Assembly: GCA_964482065.1 (NCBI GenBank)
Contig: CAYZWC010000001.1
Coordinates: 1 to 43,442 of the forward strand
Direction: 5' to 3'
From: an uncultured Gammaproteobacteria bacterium
GTDB taxonomy: Bacteria; Patescibacteriota; Patescibacteriia; JAQUQO01
DNA length: 43,442 nucleotides
The notes under the pieces are model-generated. The model was not told the DNA's origin. It worked only from the letters and a program-made list of their open reading frames with translations, and did no database searches. This document shows, one piece after another, positions 1 through 6,934 of the stretch. The first letter of the stretch is position 1, and each line of letters begins with the position of its first letter. A program made the position numbers and the translations under genes.

Positions 1-53
1 AAGAAGAATTACAAAAGAAAATAGACCCTGTTTTGTAAGTTTTTTATTTACTT

Positions 54-995
54 ATGATTAGTGATGTTATAATTATAGGTTCCGGACCCGCCGGCTATAC
101 GGCGGCGATTTATGCCGCCCGCGCCAATCTGAAAACTTTATTAATTTCCGGCGAGCAGCTCGGTGGACAGCTTACCATTACCAGCGAAGTGGAAAATTTT
201 CCCGGTTTTCCGGAAGGTGTCGGCGGATTGGAGCTTATGGGCCTTATGAAAAAACAGGCGGAGCGTTTTGGTGTGGAGGTTATTACGGGAAAAGTTCAAT
301 CCACGGAATTGTCAGATCGGCCATTTAAAATAAAATTAAGCGATGGTAAGGAATACCAAGCCAAGTCGCTTATAATTTCTTCGGGGGCGTCGGCTAAATG
401 GCTTGGACTTCCTTCTGAAGAGCGCCTGATGGGTAAGGGGGTTTCCGGTTGCGCCACTTGCGATGGATTTTTCTTTAAGGACAAGGAAGTCGCCGTGGTG
501 GGTGGTGGAGATACGGCCATGGAAGAAGCGAATTTTCTCACCCGTTTTGCCAAAAAAGTAAATTTGATACATCGCCGCGGCGAATTTCGGGCTTCAAAAA
601 TTATGTCCAACCGCGCCAAAGAAAATCCAAAAATCGAATTTATTTTAAATTCCGTGGTTGAAGAAATTTTGGGTGAAGACAAAGTGGAAGGATTAAAAAT
701 AAAAAATGTAGAGACCGGAGAAGAAAAAGAAATCAAATGCGATGGAGTTTTTATCGCTATTGGGCACCATCCCAATGTTGATTTTTTAGAAGGCCGAGTG
801 GAGCTTGACGGCAAAGGATATATAAAGGTTATGCCCGGCACAACCCGAACCAATGTTGATGGAGTTTTTGCTGCCGGCGATGTTTGCGATTCGCGTTATA
901 GACAGGCGGTAACCGCCGCCGGCATGGGCTGTATGGCCGCCAAGGAAGTTGAGTGGTTTCTTGAATCACAAGAACCCGCCCGCAATGCTTCGTAA
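54..995 (+). CDS. trxB: thioredoxin-disulfide reductase (low-Mr type)
   Basis: 313-aa ORF. It has the FAD GxGxxG motif (GSGPAGYTAA), the redox-active CxxC (SGCATCDG) and a second dinucleotide fold (GGGDTAMEEA). Length is typical for bacterial TrxR. Confidence 0.93.
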   Translation: MISDVIIIGSGPAGYTAAIYAARANLKTLLISGEQLGGQLTITSEVENFPGFPEGVGGLELMGLMKKQAERFGVEVITGKVQSTELSDRPFKIKLSDGKEYQAKSLIISSGASAKWLGLPSEERLMGKGVSGCATCDGFFFKDKEVAVVGGGDTAMEEANFLTRFAKKVNLIHRRGEFRASKIMSNRAKENPKIEFILNSVVEEILGEDKVEGLKIKNVETGEEKEIKCDGVFIAIGHHPNVDFLEGRVELDGKGYIKVMPGTTRTNVDGVFAAGDVCDSRYRQAVTAAGMGCMAAKEVEWFLESQEPARNAS

Positions 996-1043
996 ACTCG
1001 CATAGCGAGGCGGGCAGGCAATATCAATAACTATAACAATAAT

Positions 1044-2282
1044 ATGGCAAACCCATTTCAAAACGCGCAGAAACAGCTTAAGAAAGCTGCGGACGTAATA
1101 AATTTAGAACCAAATGTTTTGGAAGTCCTAAAAACTCCCAAGAGAATTTTACAAGTTTCCATTCCCGTGCGCATGGACGATGGCAACGTTAAAGTTTTTG
1201 AAGGATATAGGGTGCAACACAATGACGCGCGTGGACCCTTTAAAGGCGGTATTAGATTTCATCCCAAAACAAATTTGAATGAAGTGAAGGCGCTGGCATT
1301 TTGGATGGCGATTAAGTGCGCTGTGGCGGGCATTCCCATGGGCGGAGGAAAGGGTGGCGTGACTGTTGATCCCAAAAAGCTGAGCCAAGGAGAGCTCGAG
1401 AGATTATCACGTGGTTTTGCTGAAGCGTTTAAAGATTTTATCGGACCGGAGAAAGATATTCCGGCTCCGGATGTTTATACTAATCCGCAAATTATGGCCT
1501 GGATTGCCGATGAATTTTCACGCATCAAAGGGCACAATGTTCCGGGCGTGGTTACCGGAAAGCCCCTGGAAGTAGGCGGCAGCGAAGGCCGCGGTAGCGC
1601 TACGGCGCAGGGAGGATTTTATGTTCTCTCCAAAGCGGTGAAAAATTTAAAAATAGATCCGGAAAAGTCCACTATGGCTATTCAGGGATTTGGCAATGCC
1701 GGATCAATTATGGCTGATCTCGCTTCTAAGGCCGGATACAAAGTAGTGGCCGTCTCCGATTCCAAGGGAGGAATCTATAATCCTCAGGGACTTGATATTA
1801 AAAAAGTTATTGAATATAAAAAAGAACAAGGAACGGTTTCGGATTTTTATGGAGCTCAAAATATTACCAACAAAAAAATATTGGAGCTACCTTGTGATAT
1901 TTTGGTGCCGGCGGCTCTGGAAAACGCCATTGATAAAAATAATGCCGGTCGCGTCAAAGCAAAAATTGTTTTGGAGCTAGCTAACGGCCCACTCACTCCG
2001 GAAGCTGATGAGAAGTTATTCAAAAAAGGAGTATTAGTAATTCCCGATGTTTTGGCGAATGCCGGTGGTGTGACTGTTTCATATTTTGAATGGGTGCAGA
2101 ACCTGGCCAATTACTATTGGACTGAAAGGGAGGTTTTGGAAAAATTAAAGCCGATTATGGTCAAGGGATTTTCAAATATCTGGGCGATCAAGGAAAAATA
2201 CAATGTGGATATGAGAACCGCTGCTTTTATTTTGGCTATTGAGCGGATTGGCAAGGCCATGAAATTAAAAGGACAAGCGTAA
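1044..2282 (+). CDS. gdhA: glutamate dehydrogenase (Glu/Leu/Phe/Val dehydrogenase family)
   Basis: 412-aa ORF with KGGIRFHP, the active-site Gly-rich/Lys region GIPMGGGKGGV and the Rossmann motif QGFGNAGS. Confidence 0.92.
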   Translation: MANPFQNAQKQLKKAADVINLEPNVLEVLKTPKRILQVSIPVRMDDGNVKVFEGYRVQHNDARGPFKGGIRFHPKTNLNEVKALAFWMAIKCAVAGIPMGGGKGGVTVDPKKLSQGELERLSRGFAEAFKDFIGPEKDIPAPDVYTNPQIMAWIADEFSRIKGHNVPGVVTGKPLEVGGSEGRGSATAQGGFYVLSKAVKNLKIDPEKSTMAIQGFGNAGSIMADLASKAGYKVVAVSDSKGGIYNPQGLDIKKVIEYKKEQGTVSDFYGAQNITNKKILELPCDILVPAALENAIDKNNAGRVKAKIVLELANGPLTPEADEKLFKKGVLVIPDVLANAGGVTVSYFEWVQNLANYYWTEREVLEKLKPIMVKGFSNIWAIKEKYNVDMRTAAFILAIERIGKAMKLKGQA

Positions 2283-2326
2283 ATTTACATAACATAAAGT
2301 CAACATTCTTTCCAAAGGAGGAAGAG

Positions 2327-2983
2327 ATGAGCGAAAAACCGAAACTGATTGTTTTTGCGTCGGGTGACAAGAACGGCGGCGGATCCGGTTTTCAGGAGCT
2401 CGTGGAAAATTCGCGGTCTGGCGTTTTGGATGCCGAGATCGTGGCCGTGGTTTCCAATTGGCCGGAGGGCGGAGTGTTCAAAAGAGCCGAAAAGCTCGGG
2501 ATTCCTTTTGTGCATTTCAAAAAACCCCGCACGGCCGAAAGGTATCGTGAACTTGTGGAATGGTGGAGTGCCGACTTCGTGGCTCTTTCCGGCTGGTTGA
2601 AATTGGCTCGCGGTCTGGATCCGGCCTGCACTATAAATATTCATCCCGGACCCTTGCCCGATTTTGGCGGCAAGGGAATGTATGGACATCGTGTCCATGA
2701 ATCGGTGATGGCAACTCATAAAGTTGACGGCTTGCCGGCTACGGCCGTAACTATGCATTTCGTGACCGAAGAATACGACCGGGGACCTATTTTCTTTGAA
2801 TACCCGGTTTGGATTCGTCCTGATGACACACCAGATTCCATCGGTAGCAGAGTGAACAAAATCGAGCATGGCTGGCAGTCTTATGTTACCAATTTGGTGG
2901 TTCATGGAAAAATTCACTGGGACGGGGAAAATCCCGAAAGTTTAGTGGTACCCGACGGATGGCCGTTTCTGCCCAAGCGGTAA
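2327..2983 (+). CDS. purN: phosphoribosylglycinamide formyltransferase-like (PurN-type formyltransferase)
   Basis: 218-aa ORF with a formyl_trans_N-like core (TINIHPGPLPDFGG, MHFVTEEYDRGPI). The N-terminal KLIVFASG strand is typical of PurN. Confidence 0.7.
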   Translation: MSEKPKLIVFASGDKNGGGSGFQELVENSRSGVLDAEIVAVVSNWPEGGVFKRAEKLGIPFVHFKKPRTAERYRELVEWWSADFVALSGWLKLARGLDPACTINIHPGPLPDFGGKGMYGHRVHESVMATHKVDGLPATAVTMHFVTEEYDRGPIFFEYPVWIRPDDTPDSIGSRVNKIEHGWQSYVTNLVVHGKIHWDGENPESLVVPDGWPFLPKR

Positions 2984-3006
2984 AAATTAGGGAGTGAATA
3001 TATGAG

Positions 3007-3039
3007 CCGTTCTCTAAATAGAGAGCGGTTTTTTATTTT
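3007..3039 (+). terminator. putative Rho-independent terminator after the purN-like gene
   Basis: A 9-bp stem ccgttctct / agagagcgg (one G-T wobble) with a 4-nt loop aaat, followed by ttttttatttt. Confidence 0.55.
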
Positions 3040-3119
3040 GTTTAAAACTTGGGTATAAAGTGTGTAAAACCGCTAATATTAGCTAATTTATTGGCTAAGG
3101 CAAGCTAAGCTTATTTTTC

Positions 3120-3148
3120 TTGATTTTTCTCTGAGAATAGAGTAAAAT
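3120..3148 (+). promoter_or_regulatory. candidate sigma70-type promoter for leuS
   Basis: TTGATT (3120-3125), an exact 17-nt spacer and TAAAAT (3143-3148), about 22 nt upstream of the leuS ATG. AT-rich DNA produces such matches easily. Confidence 0.3.
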
Positions 3149-3169
3149 TAGTATAACTTCTTAAAAAAT

Positions 3170-6100
3170 ATGGAAAAATACAATTTCAAGAAAATTGAGG
3201 CAAAATGGCAGAAAGAGTGGGAAGAAAAAGATTTGTATAAAGCGGACGATAAATCCAAAAAAGAAAAGTATTATTGCCTTGTAGAGTTTCCCTATCCTTC
3301 CGGCGAAGGGCTTCATGTCGGGCATCCGAGAAGCTACACCGCCATGGACATTATTTCGCGCAAGCGGAGAATGGAAGGATACAATGTACTCTATCCGATC
3401 GGCTGGGACGCTTTTGGCCTCCCTGCTGAAAACTATGCCATTAAAACCGGAATTCATCCGAGTGTGGCTACAAAAAAGAATATAGAAACATTTAGGCGCC
3501 AGCTCAAGTCGCTGGGCTTTTCTTTTGATTGGTCGCGCGAGGTAAATACCACCGATCCCGAGTATTACAAATGGACACAGTGGATGTTCCTGAAGTTTTT
3601 TGAACATGGAATGGCTTACAAAGACAAGATTGCCATCAATTGGTGCCCTAAAGATAAAATCGGCTTAGCTAATGAAGAAGTGGTGAATGGGAAATGCGAG
3701 CGCTGCGGAGCCCCGGTGGAGAAAAGAATGAAAGAGCAATGGATGATCGCCATTACCAAGTATGCCGAGCGTTTGCTTCGTGATTTGGAAACAGTTGATT
3801 ACCTTCCGCAGATCAAAGAGCAGCAAAAAAATTGGATTGGTAAGAGTGTTGGCGCTAAAATTAAATTCGAGATTGTTCCTGAAGGCGGAGGTGAAGAGAA
3901 AAATATTAATTTGTCAAAAAATGTCCAACACTCTTCGCGGACTGACGCGGACTTGACGCGGACTGACGCGGAAATAGACAATAATAAGCTTTTGTATAAA
4001 GATTTGACATATAAAATTAGGGGAGCGATTTTTACAATAAAAAAACAACTGGGGTTAGGACATAAAGAAGATGTTTATCATGAAGCCCTGGAAATTGAAT
4101 TTGCAAAAATCGGTTTATCATTCGAATCTAAAAAAAATATAGATGTAAAATATGATAATAAAAAAGTAGGTGTTTACCAGCCGGATTTTATTATAGAAGA
4201 CAAAGTTTTGATTGAATTAAAAGCGCTTCCTGAAATAGGAAAACCGCAACTAAATCAAACATGGACGTATTTAAAGGGAAACGATTATAAATTGGCTCTT
4301 TTGGTAAATTTTGGAAGCAAAGAATTACAAATTAAAAGAATGGTTTATGAGACGGCGCGCAATGTTCCGCGAGAGTCCGCGTCTGTTCAGCAATATTCCG
4401 CGACCTCGGTAGAGGTATTTACTACTCGTCCGGGTACTTTATTCGGCGCGACATATATGGTGCTTGCTCCTGAACATGAATTATTAAAGAATCATGAATT
4501 AAGAATTACGAATTATGAAGAGGTTGAGAAATACATTAAGCAAGCTAGTAAAAAATCCGATTTAGAACGTTCCGAATTACAGAAGGAGAAAACGGGCATA
4601 GAACTTAAAGGCGTCAAAGCTATTAATCCCGCCACCAAAGAAGAGATTCCGATTTGGGTGGCTGACTATGTTCTCGCTTCCTATGGCACCGGAGCGATTA
4701 TGGCCGTGCCCGCTCATGATGAGAGGGATTTTGAATTTGCTAAGAAATATAATTTACCGATAAAACATGTAGTTGAGCCAGAGTATTCAATTTTAGATAT
4801 AAGCGAAGTTCTTTTTGTAGTTGCTACTAAATATGGAGAAGGTATTAAAACATTAAAATATCAGTATAGTATTATAAAAAAGGGCCAAGAAACCAGAACT
4901 TTTTGTTTTGTTGGAGAAGGGACTAATATTAATTCTGATTTTATTAATGGTTTAAAAACTTCAGAAGCAAAAGAGAAAATAATTAATTGGCTAGAAAAGG
5001 AAAAAATCGGCAAACGCGAAGTTAATTATAAACTGCGCGATTGGGTTTTTTCACGCCAGAGATATTGGGGGGAACCGATTCCTTTGGTTCATTGTGATAA
5101 ATGTGCGACAAAAAAGCCTAAGTTTCTTTTTCTCCACGGTTTTAAGGGAACATCAAGGGGAGATTTTTGGCTTTGGCTAAAAGAAGAGTTGGAGAAAAAA
5201 GGTTTTGAAGTCCGGGTTCCCGATTTGCCAAATACAAATGAACCAAATTTGGAAGAGCAAATGAAGTTTGTGTTGGATAATTTTAAAATTGATGAAAACA
5301 CCATAGTTATCACTCATAGCTTAGGTGGAGTTCTGGCAATGGAGTTGTTTGGGCAGGGCAAAGCAAAAGCGCAAAAATTAATTATGGTTGCTCCTCCGCT
5401 AAAAACCGAATTTAAAGATGGCAAGGATCGCCCGGCCTTGAATCGTTATTGCGATTGGAAGTTTAATTTTTCAAAAATTAAAAAACAGGTCGGCGAGATA
5501 AAAGTTATTTTGGACAAGGAAGATGATTGTGTTTCACCGTATCAACCGAGAGAGATTGCAGAAAAGCTGGGAGCTGAACTTATAGAAACAGTTGCTCACT
5601 CCCCGCATTTTAATTGTCCGCAAGCGCCGGCTGTTTTGGATAGTATTTTAACTAGCGATGTCCTAAATCCCGGCTGGGTATCTGTGCCGGAGAAGGATTT
5701 GCCGGTGAAATTGCCGGAGGTCAAAAAATACGAACCGACCGATACCGGAGAATCTCCGCTTGCCAATGTTTCCGATTGGGTCAATACCAAATGTCCTAAG
5801 TGCGGCGGACCGGCCAAACGGGAAACTGACACCATGCCAAACTGGGCGGGGTCTTCCTGGTATTTCCTGCGCTATACCGATCCCGAGAATAACAAAGAAT
5901 TTGCTGACGAGAAAAAATTAAAATACTGGATGCCGGTTGATTGGTATAACGGCGGAATGGAGCACACCACACTGCATCTTTTGTATTCCAGATTTTGGTA
6001 TAAATTTTTATATGACATCGGCGAGATTCCGGAAGAGTGTGGCAATGAGCCGTACAAAAAGAGAACCTCTCAAGGTCTGATTCTCGGGGAGGGCGGAGAA

Positions 6101-6898
6101 AAGATGAGTAAGTCCCGCGGCAATGTGGTAAATCCTGATGAAATGGTAAAAGAATACGGCGCGGATTCCCTTCGTCTTTATGAAATGTTTATGGGACCCT
6201 TTGACCAGCATATTCCTTGGGATACTAATGGACTTATCGGCTGCCAAAGATTTTTAAATAAAGTTTGGAATCTGCAAGAAAAGGTGTGTGAGACGAAAGA
6301 AGATTGGGTGCCTTTAGTTGCAGTAAAATTTGATTCAGATTTAGAGCAAAGGCAAAATATTGCGATAAAAAAAGAGATAAATAATATAGAAAAATTACTA
6401 CACCAAACCATCAAAAAGGTTAGTGAGGATATTGAAGAAATGAAGTTTAATACAGCAATAGCACAGATGATGACCTTTATCAATAGCGGTTTTCCCTCCT
6501 TAGAAGAGTTAATAAATAGATACCCAGAATTAAAAAATCAATTAGTAGAACAAACATTAAATCAAATATTAGTATCTCAGTTTAAAAATTTTTTAATTCT
6601 TTTAGCTCCCTTCGCGCCGCATATTGCGGAAGAAATTTGGAGCAACCTCGGAAACAAGAAAAGTATTCATTTGGAAAAATGGCCGGATTATGACGAAAGT
6701 TTAATTAAAGAAGAAAAAATTAATTTGGTAGTTCAGATTAACGGCAAGCTGCGCGATACTATTAAAGTTGCGGCGGATATTTCCGAAGAGGAAGCGAAGA
6801 AACTGGCTATGGAATCGGAAAAGATTAAAAAGCATTTAACCGGCAAGCCGAAGAAAGTTATTTTTGTGCCGGGCAAGCTAGTTAACATTGTTATTTAA
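3170..6898 (+). CDS. leuS: leucine--tRNA ligase carrying two large in-frame foreign domain insertions
   Basis: HIGH motif (HVGHPRSY), KMSKS motif (KMSKSRGN), first zinc knuckle (CPKD...CERCG), CP1/editing motifs (FTTRPGTLFGATY, AVPAHDERDFEFA), RDWVFSRQRYWGEPIP, and second zinc knuckle halves HCDKC and KCPKCGG. It encodes 1242 aa, against about 800-880 aa for ordinary bacterial LeuRS. Confidence 0.97.
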   Translation: MEKYNFKKIEAKWQKEWEEKDLYKADDKSKKEKYYCLVEFPYPSGEGLHVGHPRSYTAMDIISRKRRMEGYNVLYPIGWDAFGLPAENYAIKTGIHPSVATKKNIETFRRQLKSLGFSFDWSREVNTTDPEYYKWTQWMFLKFFEHGMAYKDKIAINWCPKDKIGLANEEVVNGKCERCGAPVEKRMKEQWMIAITKYAERLLRDLETVDYLPQIKEQQKNWIGKSVGAKIKFEIVPEGGGEEKNINLSKNVQHSSRTDADLTRTDAEIDNNKLLYKDLTYKIRGAIFTIKKQLGLGHKEDVYHEALEIEFAKIGLSFESKKNIDVKYDNKKVGVYQPDFIIEDKVLIELKALPEIGKPQLNQTWTYLKGNDYKLALLVNFGSKELQIKRMVYETARNVPRESASVQQYSATSVEVFTTRPGTLFGATYMVLAPEHELLKNHELRITNYEEVEKYIKQASKKSDLERSELQKEKTGIELKGVKAINPATKEEIPIWVADYVLASYGTGAIMAVPAHDERDFEFAKKYNLPIKHVVEPEYSILDISEVLFVVATKYGEGIKTLKYQYSIIKKGQETRTFCFVGEGTNINSDFINGLKTSEAKEKIINWLEKEKIGKREVNYKLRDWVFSRQRYWGEPIPLVHCDKCATKKPKFLFLHGFKGTSRGDFWLWLKEELEKKGFEVRVPDLPNTNEPNLEEQMKFVLDNFKIDENTIVITHSLGGVLAMELFGQGKAKAQKLIMVAPPLKTEFKDGKDRPALNRYCDWKFNFSKIKKQVGEIKVILDKEDDCVSPYQPREIAEKLGAELIETVAHSPHFNCPQAPAVLDSILTSDVLNPGWVSVPEKDLPVKLPEVKKYEPTDTGESPLANVSDWVNTKCPKCGGPAKRETDTMPNWAGSSWYFLRYTDPENNKEFADEKKLKYWMPVDWYNGGMEHTTLHLLYSRFWYKFLYDIGEIPEECGNEPYKKRTSQGLILGEGGEKMSKSRGNVVNPDEMVKEYGADSLRLYEMFMGPFDQHIPWDTNGLIGCQRFLNKVWNLQEKVCETKEDWVPLVAVKFDSDLEQRQNIAIKKEINNIEKLLHQTIKKVSEDIEEMKFNTAIAQMMTFINSGFPSLEELINRYPELKNQLVEQTLNQILVSQFKNFLILLAPFAPHIAEEIWSNLGNKKSIHLEKWPDYDESLIKEEKINLVVQINGKLRDTIKVAADISEEEAKKLAMESEKIKKHLTGKPKKVIFVPGKLVNIVI
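3934..3972 (+). repeat. left boundary repeat cluster: four tandem copies of a 10-11-nt unit (G/T)(A/T)CGCGGA(CT)
   Basis: Read directly from the sequence: ttcgcggact gacgcggactt gacgcggact gacgcgga. CGCGGA starts at 3936, 3946, 3957 and 3967. This is a GC-rich island in AT-rich coding DNA. Confidence 0.9.
4366..4402 (+). repeat. right boundary repeat cluster: three copies of TCCGCG, inverted relative to the left cluster
   Basis: TCCGCG occurs at 4366, 4376 and 4397. agtccgcgtc (4374-4383) is the perfect reverse complement of gacgcggact (3944-3953 and 3955-3964). Confidence 0.9.
5105..5671 (+). other. alpha/beta serine-hydrolase domain (YdeN/RBBP9-like) inserted in-frame in the second zinc knuckle of LeuRS
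   Basis: 189 codons lie between HCDKC and GWVSVPEKDLPVKLPE...KCPKCGG. They include KFLFLHGF (strand plus oxyanion region), the nucleophile elbow ITHSLGG (Ser codon 5318-5320), ILDKEDDCV (candidate acid) and AHSPHF (candidate His). Domain size matches the small single-domain serine hydrolases. Confidence 0.65.
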
Positions 6899-6934
6899 TT
6901 TATATACTTGTAAATAATTTGTAATTCGTATTGT

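Larger units (their letters stand above)
3884..4405 (+). mobile_element. in-frame insertion within leuS encoding a GxxExxY-type PD-(D/E)XK nuclease domain, bounded by inverted GC-rich repeat clusters
   Basis: 174 extra codons lie between the LeuRS segments NWIGKSVGAKIKFEIVPE and SVEVFTTRPG. The insert carries GHKEDVY (GxxExxY) and PDFIIEDKVLIELK (D...E-x-K). The boundaries carry direct CGCGGA copies on the left and complementary TCCGCG copies on the right. Confidence 0.6.

Noticed and set aside
1-53. A possible 3' end of an upstream gene, or a promoter for trxB.
   Set aside because: The fragment is too short to support any call, and there is no recognisable motif beyond AT-richness.
2300-2917. 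Long antisense ORFs in the six-frame track. Examples are 2300..2917 (205 aa), 296..853 (185 aa), 3161..3607 (148 aa), 17992..18468 (158 aa), 38979..39332 (117 aa), 36393..36731 (112 aa) and 14973..15335 (120 aa).
   Set aside because: All lie entirely within, and opposite to, ORFs with strong family signatures. Their translations are low-complexity or Ser/Pro/Arg/Phe-rich with no recognisable motifs. They are shadow ORFs.
2984-3169. A T-box riboswitch leader upstream of leuS.
   Set aside because: The intergenic region is only 186 nt, and part of it is taken up by the purN terminator and a promoter candidate. I could not find the conserved T-box sequence or a terminator/antiterminator pair immediately before the ATG.
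3934-3972. The tandem GACGCGGACT units could be mistaken for a tiny CRISPR-like or microsatellite array.
   Set aside because: The units are only 10-11 nt, directly abutting with no spacers, and they lie inside the leuS reading frame. They are better explained as one terminal repeat cluster of the inserted module, with the inverted partner at 4366-4402.
5105-5671. An intein as the explanation for the large in-frame insert in LeuRS (and likewise for 3884-4405).
   Set aside because: No intein block signatures are present. The inserts do not begin with Cys/Ser at a splice junction followed by block A/B (TxxH) motifs, and they do not end in His-Asn followed by Cys/Ser/Thr. The HFNC near 5610 is Phe-Asn, not His-Asn, and lies inside the hydrolase fold. 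The inserts read instead as complete nuclease and hydrolase domains.
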